Source: a virus. From it: a DNA stretch of 57,400 nucleotides. The translations under genes were made by a program, and so were the position numbers. The stretch lies in the IMG/VR virus record IMGVR_UViG_3300007516_000002. One strand, 5' to 3'. A model generated the notes under the pieces. The model searched no databases, had not been told where the DNA came from, and was given only the letters and a program-made list of their open reading frames with translations. Positions 15,801 through 24,068 of the stretch are shown here, in pieces (position 1 is the stretch's first letter; every line of letters begins with the position of its first letter).

Positions 15801-16110
15801 TGCGCGCGGCATTAGTCGCGCGGCAATGATAAAGATTGTGGCGAACGCAGGTGGCGAAATAAAGATTGGCGATGTGATTACCGACAAAGGCTATGCCTCC
15901 ACAACGCGCCGCGCAAGCACTGCAGCCAGCTTCGCGGGCGGCCAAGGTTACGGACTTAAGATAAGCATCCCAAAGGGTGCTCGTGCACTACCCGTCAAGG
16001 AGTTCAGCAATCATCCAGACGAGGACGAGTTTCTTTTGCCTCGTGGGTCGTCCTTCCGAGTGACACGCATCGTGGGTAACATAATCTCTGTTGATTTGGT
16101 CATCAATTAA
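12829..16110 (+). CDS. Portal protein (DUF1073-type, about the first 470 aa) continuing in frame into two ADP-ribosyltransferase-like modules (polyvalent virion protein, 1093 aa)
   Basis: ATG 12829 lies 1 nt after the terL stop and the N-terminal half is portal-like. ART module 1 has AVRVIDF / FSDTAPSSWA / KERELLIGPGAKFTV. ART module 2 has YSHINYALRS / VVARGIS / GYASTT / DEDEFLLPRGSSFRV. Confidence 0.75.
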   Translation: MNKPTAFSDGLESLTASLGTARDKATSVAYVEKYIDDQQLTAAYKTSWLAKKIIDIPASDTFRRWRDWQAEEDQIEKLEELEKKLAIKEKMLRAYKLARLYGCCYVYFDLGDDPSQPVDPTKVKLGGIRFATVLTHRQLSPGEIEQDALSDLFGKPKWFDVVGPTTAGIVRIHPSRIIVLLGAESPDENLLIGSREGFGFRLGTSVLSAALPAVKHFDSVAANIASLVFEAKIDVIKVKGLMQIAGNPYEERKLLARYALAATAKGNNGMLILDGDTEEYEQKTYSFAGLPDIMDRYSQNACGAGDVPMSRLFGKAHSGIGATGAGENDTRNYYDHLSANQELNVTPAMATFDECLLYAALGSRPPEVHYLWASLWQNSDKERSELGRIGVATIKTLKDTGLIPDEVLSRGAVNMLTQAGVIPGLEAEYDAYFEEGGEAPWDMDEEGEDGTAEAMVPPKKPAAQKVADEQPRVPAGSPEGGQFGKGSGRALPILTKEDINGNDRDAFISVRRWSASYSTQIREGYHRFYKDGEWDAPAEVRNAGPFEEDFGYKAAKELHSNVFEKYTGNHSGDTAVRVIDFASDDAAFSRMASLKPGDTFSDTAPSSWAKDSSGLANYYGSKNNIVFEITGGTPRATFDVGQAASVVKERELLIGPGAKFTVVSNKHVKAYQIGSEEHGFNRADAQVITLRSVAEDVIGDGYMEQPRVPKGNPTGGEWGSESSTWSGGGWTPKAKSEKSLSAILAEVKAETKVKETSPKPDNKANATAENTDAINAYAQGKITKSELDAILIANLPPTKNATAVETQASINNKSAAAEDEAFAAYGQGKITKSEFDAILMANEQLTAAPTPKVKNLTPKQKALNALNSHKAKLEAQKAALGTTAAAPDPSNAQVGSSSITSASLLAGNWNWDAVEKNFGKEPPPLTAQTASQKLAADHAPLSAGEKMFTTDYTGSEYSHINYALRSGQDHYKMSEIDSAIAKSSAKKDLVVARGISRAAMIKIVANAGGEIKIGDVITDKGYASTTRRASTAASFAGGQGYGLKISIPKGARALPVKEFSNHPDEDEFLLPRGSSFRVTRIVGNIISVDLVIN
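15141..15354 (+). repeat. Two copies of a coding repeat, 145 bp apart, within the portal-ART ORF (DAINAYAQGKITKSELDAILIAN / EAFAAYGQGKITKSEFDAILMAN)
   Basis: Two roughly 69-nt copies at about 15141-15209 and 15286-15354. Confidence 0.8.
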
Positions 16111-16140
16111 CAGTATGCTTTGTTTAAAGGAGTACGTCAC

Positions 16141-16305
16141 ATGGGCAAGTTTGACTGGCAGGAAGACGACACGGTGGGCATCACTGTGGTAAATCCGATG
16201 AGTACAGCAGAGCTGGATGAAGCAATTGATCGCGTAAACGCGTTGATCCGAGATGCAGAATTTGAAGCCCTGCTGGTCTCGCGGGGGCAGGACAAGGAAG
16301 ACTAA
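16141..16305 (+). CDS. Hypothetical small acidic protein (54 aa)
   Basis: AAAGGAGTACGTCAC precedes ATG 16141. Confidence 0.55.
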   Translation: MGKFDWQEDDTVGITVVNPMSTAELDEAIDRVNALIRDAEFEALLVSRGQDKED

Positions 16306-16306
16306 C

Positions 16307-17422
16307 GTGCACTTTTCAGACAACGCACCAGTAACCTCGATGCGTCGGACGGCGAACGGCTACCTGACAGGCTCTGTCCGTTGTGCGCGCACCGGGGTTC
16401 AGGACTACCTTCGTACTGAGCTTGGCCTCGAAGGCGACGGCATGATCGCGGTCTACCGGCCTGAGATGGCCGTGTTCGACAAGGCCAGCATCGCGACATA
16501 CGCGGGAAAGCCAATCACGCTGGGCCACCCCAACGGTGGCGTGGTCGACTCAGCCAACTGGAAGAAACTCGCAATCGGGACTGTTGGATCGAATGTTCTT
16601 CGTGACGGAGAAACGGTTGTCGTAGACTTCTCAATCATGGACGCCGACGCAGTACAGGGCATTGAGGCTGGCACGCGGCAAGTGAGCATGGGCTACACGA
16701 CGCCAATGGTGCTGCAGGACGGCATTGCACACGACGGCACCCCCTACCAAGCGGTGCAGACCGGACCAATCAACATCAACCACCTCGCTGTCGTCCATGT
16801 GGCGCGCGGCGGTAAAGAACTTCGCATCGGTGACGCTGCGATCAACTGGGGGGCAACCCCTATTCACCATGGTGACAAGGAGACAACCATGTCAACGAAA
16901 AGTGTGGTGCTTGGGGATGCAGCAGTGATCCTGCCCATTGCCGACGCCAATATTGTTGAGGTGTTCAAGGCCTCGATGACCAAGCAGCTCGCCGATGCGA
17001 TGTTCGAGAAGAAGAAATCGGACGACGAGAAGGATGAGGAAATCGGCAAACTCAAAGCCGAAAAGAAGAAGGTGGAGGATGCTGCAATCACTCCAGCCAA
17101 GCTCTCTGTAATGATTGCCGACCGTGTCGCTCTTGAGCAGCAGGTCAAGCTGATCGACGCCAAGATCGTTTGCGACAGTGTCGCCGACGCCGATCTTCGG
17201 CGCGCGGCAGTCGTGTCGGTGCTTGGCGATGAATCCGTCAAGGATGCTTCAGCTGCAGAGATCTCGGGAATGTTCAAGGCGGTCACTGCCGCCAAGCAGA
17301 CAGCCCCGAATGATTCCGTGCGCTCCGCTCTCGGGTCGCAGAAATTCATCGACGCCGGAACTCAGGGTTGGGGCGATGCTGTCGCCAAAGCCGCTGGCGT
17401 CAAGTTCCGGAAAGGGGCATAA
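16307..17422 (+). CDS. DUF2213-like head scaffolding/maturation protein
   Basis: GTG 16307 follows AAGGAAG. The N-terminal half has ANGYLTG..ARTGVQDY..GKPITLGHP..NINHLAVV..RGG. The C-terminal half is a Lys/Glu-rich coiled coil. Confidence 0.65.
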   Translation: MHFSDNAPVTSMRRTANGYLTGSVRCARTGVQDYLRTELGLEGDGMIAVYRPEMAVFDKASIATYAGKPITLGHPNGGVVDSANWKKLAIGTVGSNVLRDGETVVVDFSIMDADAVQGIEAGTRQVSMGYTTPMVLQDGIAHDGTPYQAVQTGPININHLAVVHVARGGKELRIGDAAINWGATPIHHGDKETTMSTKSVVLGDAAVILPIADANIVEVFKASMTKQLADAMFEKKKSDDEKDEEIGKLKAEKKKVEDAAITPAKLSVMIADRVALEQQVKLIDAKIVCDSVADADLRRAAVVSVLGDESVKDASAAEISGMFKAVTAAKQTAPNDSVRSALGSQKFIDAGTQGWGDAVAKAAGVKFRKGA

Positions 17423-17425
17423 GCC

Positions 17426-18064
17426 ATGACTATTGTCACAATGCGAGATGGCAATGCCAACTATCTCGTCTCCGAGGCGAACGGCATGTACCGCTCGCGC
17501 GATGAAGCCGACGTCATCGGTCACGCAACACTGATCCTGGCCGTGGGAACGGTTCTTGGCCGTGTCACTACGGGCGCTGCCGCCGCGGTCGCACAAGTTG
17601 GCAACACAGGCAACGCCACTTCCAGTGCGGTCACGGTCACTTCTGAAGCGAAAGTCGGAACTTACGTGGTCGAGTTTCTGACCGCCACGACCTTCAGCGT
17701 TGCACTTCCTGGTGGTGCTTTGCTGGCCAACGGTGCAACTGGCGTCGCCTACGCGCAAGGCGGCATCGGCTTCACGCTGACTGTTGGCGCAACGCCGATG
17801 ATCGCTGGTGACGGCTTCAATATCGCTGTCACGCAAGCACCGGGCGACTTTGCTCGGCACCTGCTGGGTGCGTCAGACGGCACAGAAACCGTCGCTGGCA
17901 TCCTCTATGAGGAAGTTCCACCGGCTGTCACCGTTCCACGGACCATCACTCGTCGTGACTGCGAGGTCAACGGCGCTCACCTGATCTACTCGGCGGCTGC
18001 TTCCGCTGCGCAGATCGCCACTGCGAACGCCGCGCTTCTTGCGCTCGGCATCGTCGTCCGATAA
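17426..18064 (+). CDS. Head decoration protein (lambda gpD-like)
   Basis: It lies between the scaffold and major capsid genes. YLVSEANG..SRDE at the N-terminus and ..RDCEVNGAHLIY..LGIVVR at the C-terminus. Confidence 0.6.
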   Translation: MTIVTMRDGNANYLVSEANGMYRSRDEADVIGHATLILAVGTVLGRVTTGAAAAVAQVGNTGNATSSAVTVTSEAKVGTYVVEFLTATTFSVALPGGALLANGATGVAYAQGGIGFTLTVGATPMIAGDGFNIAVTQAPGDFARHLLGASDGTETVAGILYEEVPPAVTVPRTITRRDCEVNGAHLIYSAAASAAQIATANAALLALGIVVR

Positions 18065-18079
18065 CAAGGAGTTTCAGCA

Positions 18080-19096
18080 ATGGCTGGCATGGACGTCTTC
18101 AACAACAATGCCTTCTCCATGACGTCCCTGACAGGCGTCGTTGAGAAGATCGACTTCGTTCCGCAAACACTCGGACAGCTGGGTATCTTCTCGCCCATGC
18201 CTGTCCGGACGCGGAATCTGTTCATTGACCGTCGTGATGGGTTCCTGACTCTGATCGGCACTTCCGCCTTGGGCTCTCCTCCAGAGGAGCTTATCAAGGA
18301 CGACCGCGATGCGGTTGCCTTCAAGACCACTCGCTTGGCGAAGGGCTTTACGATGTACGCGCACGAGGTCGAGGGCATCCGTGCCTTCGGTTCCGAGACC
18401 GAGTTCATGCAGGTTCAGGCCGAATATCTTCGTCGCATGGCGCGTGTCCGGACTGACATGGAGCTGACTCACGAGTATCATCGACTTGGCGCGCTTCAGG
18501 GTTTGCTGCTCGACGCCGACGGCACTTCTGTGATTTACGATTACTTCACTGAATTTGGCGTGACACCGCCCACAGTCATCGACTTCAACCTCGACAACGC
18601 GGCCACCAACGTCCGCCAAATCCTTACCGATCTGGCGCGTTCGCTGGTGCGAGGCTCTCGCGGTGCCGTAACCGGCGTTGCGCAGATTCACGCTCTTGTT
18701 GGCGATGCTTTCTATGACGCTCTGATCGATCACCCGACGATCCGGACGACCTATCTGAACTACGTCGCTGCCGCAGAACTTCGCACTGCAACGGCGTTCG
18801 GTGACTTTGTCTACGGCGGCGTTACGTTCCACAACTATCGCGGGACGGACGACAATTCCGTCGTGGCCATCAAGACAGATGAAGCGAAGTTCTTCCCGGT
18901 CGGCGCACCAGACGTGTTCAAGAAAGCGATGGCTCCTGCGGAGTTCGGACCTTTCATCAACACGCCGGGTCAAGACACCTACGCGATGAACATTCTTGAT
19001 CTGCAACGGCAGGCTTGGACGCGCGGTGAGCTCTACAGCTATCCGCTGTACTTCTGCCAGCGTCCAGAGGCTCTGCGTACTGGTCGCCGGACGTAA
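18080..19096 (+). CDS. Major capsid protein (lambda gpE-like)
   Basis: MDVFNNNAFSMTSLTGVVEKIDFVPQTLGQLGIFSP... is characteristic of the gpE family. 338 aa. Confidence 0.8.
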   Translation: MAGMDVFNNNAFSMTSLTGVVEKIDFVPQTLGQLGIFSPMPVRTRNLFIDRRDGFLTLIGTSALGSPPEELIKDDRDAVAFKTTRLAKGFTMYAHEVEGIRAFGSETEFMQVQAEYLRRMARVRTDMELTHEYHRLGALQGLLLDADGTSVIYDYFTEFGVTPPTVIDFNLDNAATNVRQILTDLARSLVRGSRGAVTGVAQIHALVGDAFYDALIDHPTIRTTYLNYVAAAELRTATAFGDFVYGGVTFHNYRGTDDNSVVAIKTDEAKFFPVGAPDVFKKAMAPAEFGPFINTPGQDTYAMNILDLQRQAWTRGELYSYPLYFCQRPEALRTGRRT

Positions 19097-19109
19097 GTCT
19101 GATAAACAA

Positions 19110-19135
19110 GGCTCTGGCGAACTTTCGCCAGAGCC
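19110..19135 (+). terminator. Strong hairpin just after the capsid gene (attenuator or partial terminator)
   Basis: GGCTCTGGCGA-actt-TCGCCAGAGCC forms an 11-bp perfect stem. No clear T-run follows. Confidence 0.5.
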
Positions 19136-19160
19136 AAACCTTGAGAACCGGGAAAAAGAA

Positions 19161-19502
19161 ATGAAGTTCAACGTCAAGAATGACAGCCACAGATCAAGGG
19201 CTCTCAGCGCGGCAGCCGGTGGAATGGTTATCGTTCCGCCGAATTCTGAAGATGTTTACGATCTCGACACCAGTGCGCAATTCAAATCGGGCTCTGACTT
19301 GGCCATCACAAACATCATGCCAACTGCGGAGGCCATTCGCACGCAACCAGTCACTTTACAAGCGCAGCTGACCCCCCAAACAGCCCCGCCAAAGGCCAAT
19401 GCGCCAAAGCCAGCGCACACACTGCCCACGCAGCCACCACAGGCCACACTGCCAGCGAACGAGCCAGCCCCGTGGCAGCGGGGGCTTGAGGCACCGAAAT
19501 GA
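19161..19502 (+). CDS. Hypothetical Pro/Ala/Gln-rich protein (113 aa)
   Basis: GGGAAAAAGAA precedes ATG 19161. Confidence 0.5.
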   Translation: MKFNVKNDSHRSRALSAAAGGMVIVPPNSEDVYDLDTSAQFKSGSDLAITNIMPTAEAIRTQPVTLQAQLTPQTAPPKANAPKPAHTLPTQPPQATLPANEPAPWQRGLEAPK

Positions 19503-20026
19503 TTTTCTACGGCACGCTCATCGACGCAACGGCATACCACGTCTTGATGGGGAATGATGCGTGGGCCTCATTGACGTACAGCGATGTACAACGTGAATCG
19601 GCTATGCGGCGCGGGACGCGTGCGCTTGATGGTCGATATGCGGGCCAGTTGAGTGGGATAAAACTCGCGTCTGGACAGGCGTTGCAGTTTCCCCGCGTCG
19701 ACCTATACGACAACTGCTCGCAGTCTGCTGTTGCTGACGGCACGACTCCAGACGCAATTATAAACGCCAGTTACGAATTGGCGCTGCTTGAGCTGGTATC
19801 TCCAAACAGCCTGTCACCAACGGTGGCATCGCTCGGAAGATTGACTCAGAGCGAGGCTGTGAGCGGAGCTGTATCGCGTTCATTCTTCAGCCCCAAAGAC
19901 CTAGCATTCTTGCTTGGGCCGGGAAGCCCGCTCAATGCTTTTCGGCCAAACGTCCTCATTGTTGAGGACTTCATGTGGTGCTACTTGAACCTGGCAGGTC
20001 GTCGCTGGGCTGCGACGGTCGTTTGA
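19499..20026 (+). CDS. Head-tail connector/adaptor protein (putative)
   Basis: Position after the capsid genes and ATGA coupling. The family call is weak. Confidence 0.45.
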   Translation: MIFYGTLIDATAYHVLMGNDAWASLTYSDVQRESAMRRGTRALDGRYAGQLSGIKLASGQALQFPRVDLYDNCSQSAVADGTTPDAIINASYELALLELVSPNSLSPTVASLGRLTQSEAVSGAVSRSFFSPKDLAFLLGPGSPLNAFRPNVLIVEDFMWCYLNLAGRRWAATVV

Positions 20027-20027
20027 T

Positions 20028-20405
20028 ATGTCATTCTACGATGAAATGGCACTGGTCACGGCTGAGTTGCTTTCCCCGTCCGTGCTTGGGCAAGGTGTTG
20101 TCGTGCTAGCAAGAACAACATCGGGGGTGCCAACGCCGGAAACACCTTGGCTGGCTGTGGCACCTGTAGTCCTGACTGAGACCTTGAAAGCCGCAGTTTC
20201 TGGCGCGGGAAAATATGCGGATGGCGTAACAATCCTCGCCACAGACCTTCGCGTCGTTGCTGCTATCCCCGTCATTGATTGGCGGATGAATTCTGACGTA
20301 ACCATGACAATAAGCGTTGACGGAAAGACGCTGCAGGTCTTGCAGACGAAAGGTTTGCCAGCAGCCGGAACACCATCCGCTATCGAGATCATGGCGAGGG
20401 TCTAA
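20028..20405 (+). CDS. Structural hypothetical protein (125 aa)
   Basis: Tightly packed ORF in the head-tail joining block. Confidence 0.5.
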   Translation: MSFYDEMALVTAELLSPSVLGQGVVVLARTTSGVPTPETPWLAVAPVVLTETLKAAVSGAGKYADGVTILATDLRVVAAIPVIDWRMNSDVTMTISVDGKTLQVLQTKGLPAAGTPSAIEIMARV

Positions 20406-21439
20406 TGACCGCCACAAACAAGCAGACAAAACTCTTTCGTGCGCTTGTAGCAAAGCTGGAGCCAGAGCTTCGCAAAGCGTTCCTGCTCGCGGTTCAGGGC
20501 ATCAAAGATCGTGTTGTCTGGAAAGATCTGATTGCTGCCCTTACTGCACTGGACGTTCAGGCGGCTATAGAGGCGCTAGGAATAACCAAGGAAGCCTTCT
20601 ACGCGTATCAGACCACTGTGGCAGCTATATACGCGCAAGGCGGTGCGGCAACTGCGGCTGGCATCAAAGGACCGCGAGGCGGAGCGATAAACTTCCTTTT
20701 CGATATGGCCAACCCGCGCGCTGAGTCGTGGCTTTCTTTGAATGGTGGGGAAAAGATAACGCACCTTCTGCTTCCTGGTTTGCGCGAGTCAATCACAGGT
20801 AAGATCTTAGAAAGCTACGAGAAAGGGAATCACCCTTTTACGATAGCCAGATCTTTGATCGGGAATGTTTCCAATGGCAAGCGGACCGGCGGGCTGCTCG
20901 GTTTGTCAAGACCGCAGATGAGCTACGTCGAATCAATGCGAGCAAGGCTTCAAAACGGTTCAGCCTCTGAGATACAAAAGATACTGAGTGGAATGACGCT
21001 GCGGGACAAACGATTCGACAAGCTCCTCGTAAGAGTGCAGCATGGAAAAGCTACCCTGACCGCGAAAAACATAGAAGATATGATTAGCGGTTACACAAAC
21101 AAGCTCCTAAAGCGCAGAGGCGAAGACGTGGCTCGCACGGAGACGGGCATGGCTGTCATGGCATCCCGCAAAGAATCAATGCAGCAGGTACTTCAGAAGC
21201 TAAGCTATCCAGATAACGCAGTTATCAAAACTTGGCGGCATGGTGGCGGACCAGCCGATCCTCGCCCGCATCATGTAGCTGCGAACAACAAGCAAGTTCG
21301 AGGCTTGAACACACCTTTCGTTCTCGAAAACGGTGCAGTCTTGCAGCACGCACTTGACCCGGACGGTGGCGCGGAAGAAGTCGTAAACTGCACCTGTGAC
21401 ACTACAATGCGGATTGACCATAGTTGGAACCTGACATGA
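20405..21439 (+). CDS. Phage Mu F / SPP1 gp7-like head morphogenesis protein
   Basis: C-terminal ...PRPHHVAANNKQV..PF....NCTCD signature. Confidence 0.7.
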   Translation: MTATNKQTKLFRALVAKLEPELRKAFLLAVQGIKDRVVWKDLIAALTALDVQAAIEALGITKEAFYAYQTTVAAIYAQGGAATAAGIKGPRGGAINFLFDMANPRAESWLSLNGGEKITHLLLPGLRESITGKILESYEKGNHPFTIARSLIGNVSNGKRTGGLLGLSRPQMSYVESMRARLQNGSASEIQKILSGMTLRDKRFDKLLVRVQHGKATLTAKNIEDMISGYTNKLLKRRGEDVARTETGMAVMASRKESMQQVLQKLSYPDNAVIKTWRHGGGPADPRPHHVAANNKQVRGLNTPFVLENGAVLQHALDPDGGAEEVVNCTCDTTMRIDHSWNLT

Positions 21440-21564
21440 CATGCACACCATGCGAAGAACGTCGCCGCAAGATGCTTGATGCACTGTGGGAACTCAAGAT
21501 GGCTGATGCGCTTAAACAGGCAGCTATCGGGGTGGCGGAGGTTGTTCTTGGGCAAGTTCGCTGA
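21436..21564 (+). CDS. 42-codon small ORF (MTCTPCEERRRKMLDALWELKMADALKQAAIGVAEVVLGQVR)
   Basis: ATG 21436 overlaps the MuF stop (ATGA). Confidence 0.35.
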   Translation: MTCTPCEERRRKMLDALWELKMADALKQAAIGVAEVVLGQVR

Positions 21565-22000
21565 TCTGGTTGGGGACTGGGCGAACGAAACCGAAGCCAG
21601 ATTGACTGCCGTATGGCGCGGATCTATCGATATGCTAGCTGATGAGATGACTACGACAAGAGCTAACGGGGGACGGTTGCCTATCCTTACCGGTAATCTG
21701 ATGCGCTCGTTGCTTGCCTCGACGTCAGCCATGCCAGACACCGGCGCAGCGGATGCGCAGTACGTTGGGCAGGACATTGGAAGCGTCACGGCAAGCCTGA
21801 CTACAGATCAGACGGTATGGCTAGGTTATCAAGCCATATACGCTCGTCGCCAGAACTACGGGTTTGTTGGCGAAGATAGCCTCGGTCGAACGTACAACCA
21901 AGAAGGCGCACATTTCGTTGAGGCTGCTGTGGCTGTCTGGCCAACAATAGTAGAACTTGTGGCGGAAGACATCAAAGCCAAGGTCATGGCGCGGGGATAG
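21548..22000 (+). CDS. HK97 gp10-family tail-completion/connector protein (TTG start inferred)
   Basis: ANGGRLPILTGNLMRSL motif. GGAGG (21537-21541) lies 6 nt before TTG 21548. The listed ATG 21476 lacks an RBS. Confidence 0.55.
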   Translation: MGKFADLVGDWANETEARLTAVWRGSIDMLADEMTTTRANGGRLPILTGNLMRSLLASTSAMPDTGAADAQYVGQDIGSVTASLTTDQTVWLGYQAIYARRQNYGFVGEDSLGRTYNQEGAHFVEAAVAVWPTIVELVAEDIKAKVMARG

Positions 22001-22003
22001 GCA

Positions 22004-22408
22004 ATGCCGGGGATTGAGACAAAGATATGGCTGGCGCTGAAATCCCGCATTCAGTCCCTACCCGGTGGACTGGCCATTGCTTACCCGGCTTCGGTCTACT
22101 CTCCCGGCGGAGCTGCTTACATCGCAGTAAGCCGCATCACAGTGGCTCCCAAGCGCGTTTACGTGGCAAAGGGTAAGCATGATCGAACTGGCACACTGAC
22201 TCTGGCTCACGTTTCTCCGCTCGGACAGGACGTGGCAGTCTACGAGGAAGCTGCTGCTGCAATCGCCGCTCATTTTCCAGAGGATGAGTGCTTAATCTTT
22301 CAGGATATTCGAGTTCGCGTTGTGGCAGCGCCGCACGTTGTGGAAGGCTTTCGCGACAAGGTTTGGTGGCGCACACCAGTGAATATTGCTTGGCGTTGCT
22401 CAGCATAA
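22004..22408 (+). CDS. Tail terminator-like protein (putative)
   Basis: Position immediately upstream of the tail tube gene; 134 aa. Confidence 0.4.
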   Translation: MPGIETKIWLALKSRIQSLPGGLAIAYPASVYSPGGAAYIAVSRITVAPKRVYVAKGKHDRTGTLTLAHVSPLGQDVAVYEEAAAAIAAHFPEDECLIFQDIRVRVVAAPHVVEGFRDKVWWRTPVNIAWRCSA

Positions 22409-22471
22409 TCAATCCGGCCCCGCCGGTTCAACTGCTCCCTTTCGCGGGAGCTCAACTAAATGGAGTCATTT

Positions 22472-23188
22472 ATGACATCTCTGAAAAAAGTGGCGGGATC
22501 GAAGATCTTCATCGGTTCGCGCGTACCATACAAATCCGTCGTAACGCTGGCCGATTTTGCCGGTCAAACCTGGACGGAGATCGACAACTGGGCTGAAACT
22601 GGCGATCTTGGGGTCGAGCAAGAACTTTTGACCCAAAAGCTGATCAACCAGAACGTCTCGATCTATTTGAAAGGAATAATCAGCTTCCCGATCACGGAAG
22701 GGCGGTTTGTTCCGGAAGTCGACGACGCCGGACAAGTTGCTATGCGCAACGCGCAACTTTCTTGTCGCCCGTTTGCTTTCAAGATTGAATGGGGCGCTGA
22801 CTGCGCGGATGTGAGTGTTGTGACCATGACAATTGCAACACCGGGGGTGCTCACTTGGGCAGCGCACGGGCTTGCTGCAGGAACAGCGGTCGTACTCGCA
22901 ACTACGGGGGCGCTGCCTACAGGACTTATAGCCGGTACGATTTACTACGTTTCGGCCAGTCCCGCGCCAACGGCGAATACGTTTTCGCTTTCTGCAACTG
23001 CTGGCGGAGCAGCCATCACCACAAGCGGCGCACAAAGTGGCGTCCACACTGCTACTGCACAACCCGCAGGGGATACCGATCTGTTCTTCGGGTTTGCCAT
23101 GCGCGGTGTGAAATCTGGCGGCGATGCTTCCGCAACGCGCATGATCAGCTTCCCGATCCAGCGGATTGCAGAAGAAATAAGCTTCTAG
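22472..23188 (+). CDS. Major tail (tube) protein with an Ala/Thr/Gly-rich insertion
   Basis: GGAG lies 7 nt before ATG 22472. It lies before the G/GT chaperone pair. Confidence 0.6.
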   Translation: MTSLKKVAGSKIFIGSRVPYKSVVTLADFAGQTWTEIDNWAETGDLGVEQELLTQKLINQNVSIYLKGIISFPITEGRFVPEVDDAGQVAMRNAQLSCRPFAFKIEWGADCADVSVVTMTIATPGVLTWAAHGLAAGTAVVLATTGALPTGLIAGTIYYVSASPAPTANTFSLSATAGGAAITTSGAQSGVHTATAQPAGDTDLFFGFAMRGVKSGGDASATRMISFPIQRIAEEISF

Positions 23189-23281
23189 ACCAAAGCCCCA
23201 CAACAAAAGTGAGGCCTAGTCGGGGCAGTGGATTGGTTCACTACTGTCCCGGCGCTTTGAACCAGAACCGAGGAAAATGCA

Positions 23282-23701
23282 ATGTTTAATGTAGACGAAA
23301 TGGACAAGCCTGTCGACATCGCTGGCGGTGAGTGGGTTTCTGATATTCCAAACCATCCGGGTGTCCGGTTTAAAGTGCGCAGCCGCAACTTTAAACCATT
23401 CAGCGTGGGACACGACGCGTTGTTGCGGTCGTTTGGCAAGAAGGCTACTCAGGCGCACAACAGCCCGCTCTATCAAAAGGCGGCTGGCACCTTGCTGGCA
23501 AAGCATATCCTCTTGGACTGGGAGAACGCAGTGCAAGAAAAGGGCAAGGCTGCAAAATACACCCCAGAACTTGCACTTCAGATATTGACGTCGGTTGACA
23601 ACCGCGCGATGGGGCAGACGTTCCGCGATGCTGTTGCTTATGCGGCTGGCATCGTCGCTGACGGTTATCTCGAAATTGCTGAGGATATCTCGGGAAACTG
23701 A
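23282..23701 (+). CDS. Tail assembly chaperone (gpG analogue)
   Basis: It lies between the tube and tape-measure genes and ends with slip site GGGAAAC immediately before TGA. Confidence 0.7.
   Translation: MFNVDEMDKPVDIAGGEWVSDIPNHPGVRFKVRSRNFKPFSVGHDALLRSFGKKATQAHNSPLYQKAAGTLLAKHILLDWENAVQEKGKAAKYTPELALQILTSVDNRAMGQTFRDAVAYAAGIVADGYLEIAEDISGN
23692..23698 (+). promoter_or_regulatory. -1 programmed ribosomal frameshift heptamer G_GGA_AAC
   Basis: The X_XXY_YYZ heptamer is in the correct zero frame (tcG GGA AAC TGA). The -1 frame reads GKLIEALLWVLD..., continuous with ORF 23710..24066. Confidence 0.7.
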
Positions 23702-24066
23702 TCGAGGCGTTGCTGTGGGTTTTGGACAATCCGGGGGCTGCAGCACGCGTAAAAATTTTAGAGGGCCGAGGGCTTCGTGTTCCCGATAAGCTTCATCCTC
23801 CTGAAATAAATCCCGGCGCTATCCAATGGCTCGACGACTTTTTCGAACTTGGCACTGACAGGCAGTTGACGGGCTATGGTTCCGGCCCAATTCCGGCGCG
23901 TAGCATAGCTAGGCATACGGCAGGCTGGGAAGACAGCGAATCTTCTATGTTTACTCACGTCATCCGTGCCTTGGATGACGTTTGGCTTAAAATGCAATCC
24001 CCAGATTCAGACGCGCCGGAAAGCGACAACCCTGCGCGTGATGCGTTCAGAACCAGGAAGGGCTGA
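23692..24066 (+). CDS. -1 frame extension giving the gpGT-like fusion chaperone (23282..23698 joined to 23698..24066)
   Basis: The -1 frame is open from the slip site to TGA 24064-24066. The next gene is the tape measure. Confidence 0.65.
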   Translation, partial: GKLIEALLWVLDNPGAAARVKILEGRGLRVPDKLHPPEINPGAIQWLDDFFELGTDRQLTGYGSGPIPARSIARHTAGWEDSESSMFTHVIRALDDVWLKMQSPDSDAPESDNPARDAFRTRKG

Positions 24067-24068
24067 GA

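Noticed and set aside
18074-19177. 367-aa minus-strand ORF. Similar long antisense ORFs lie at 30797..31834, 22466..23206, 17249..17860, 9261..9950, 50469..51386 and 4371..5042.
   Set aside because: Each lies opposite or out of frame to a gene with clear family motifs (capsid, fibre, tube, decoration, DUF3489-like, RNase H/DUF669-like, MazG-like). All lack RBSs.
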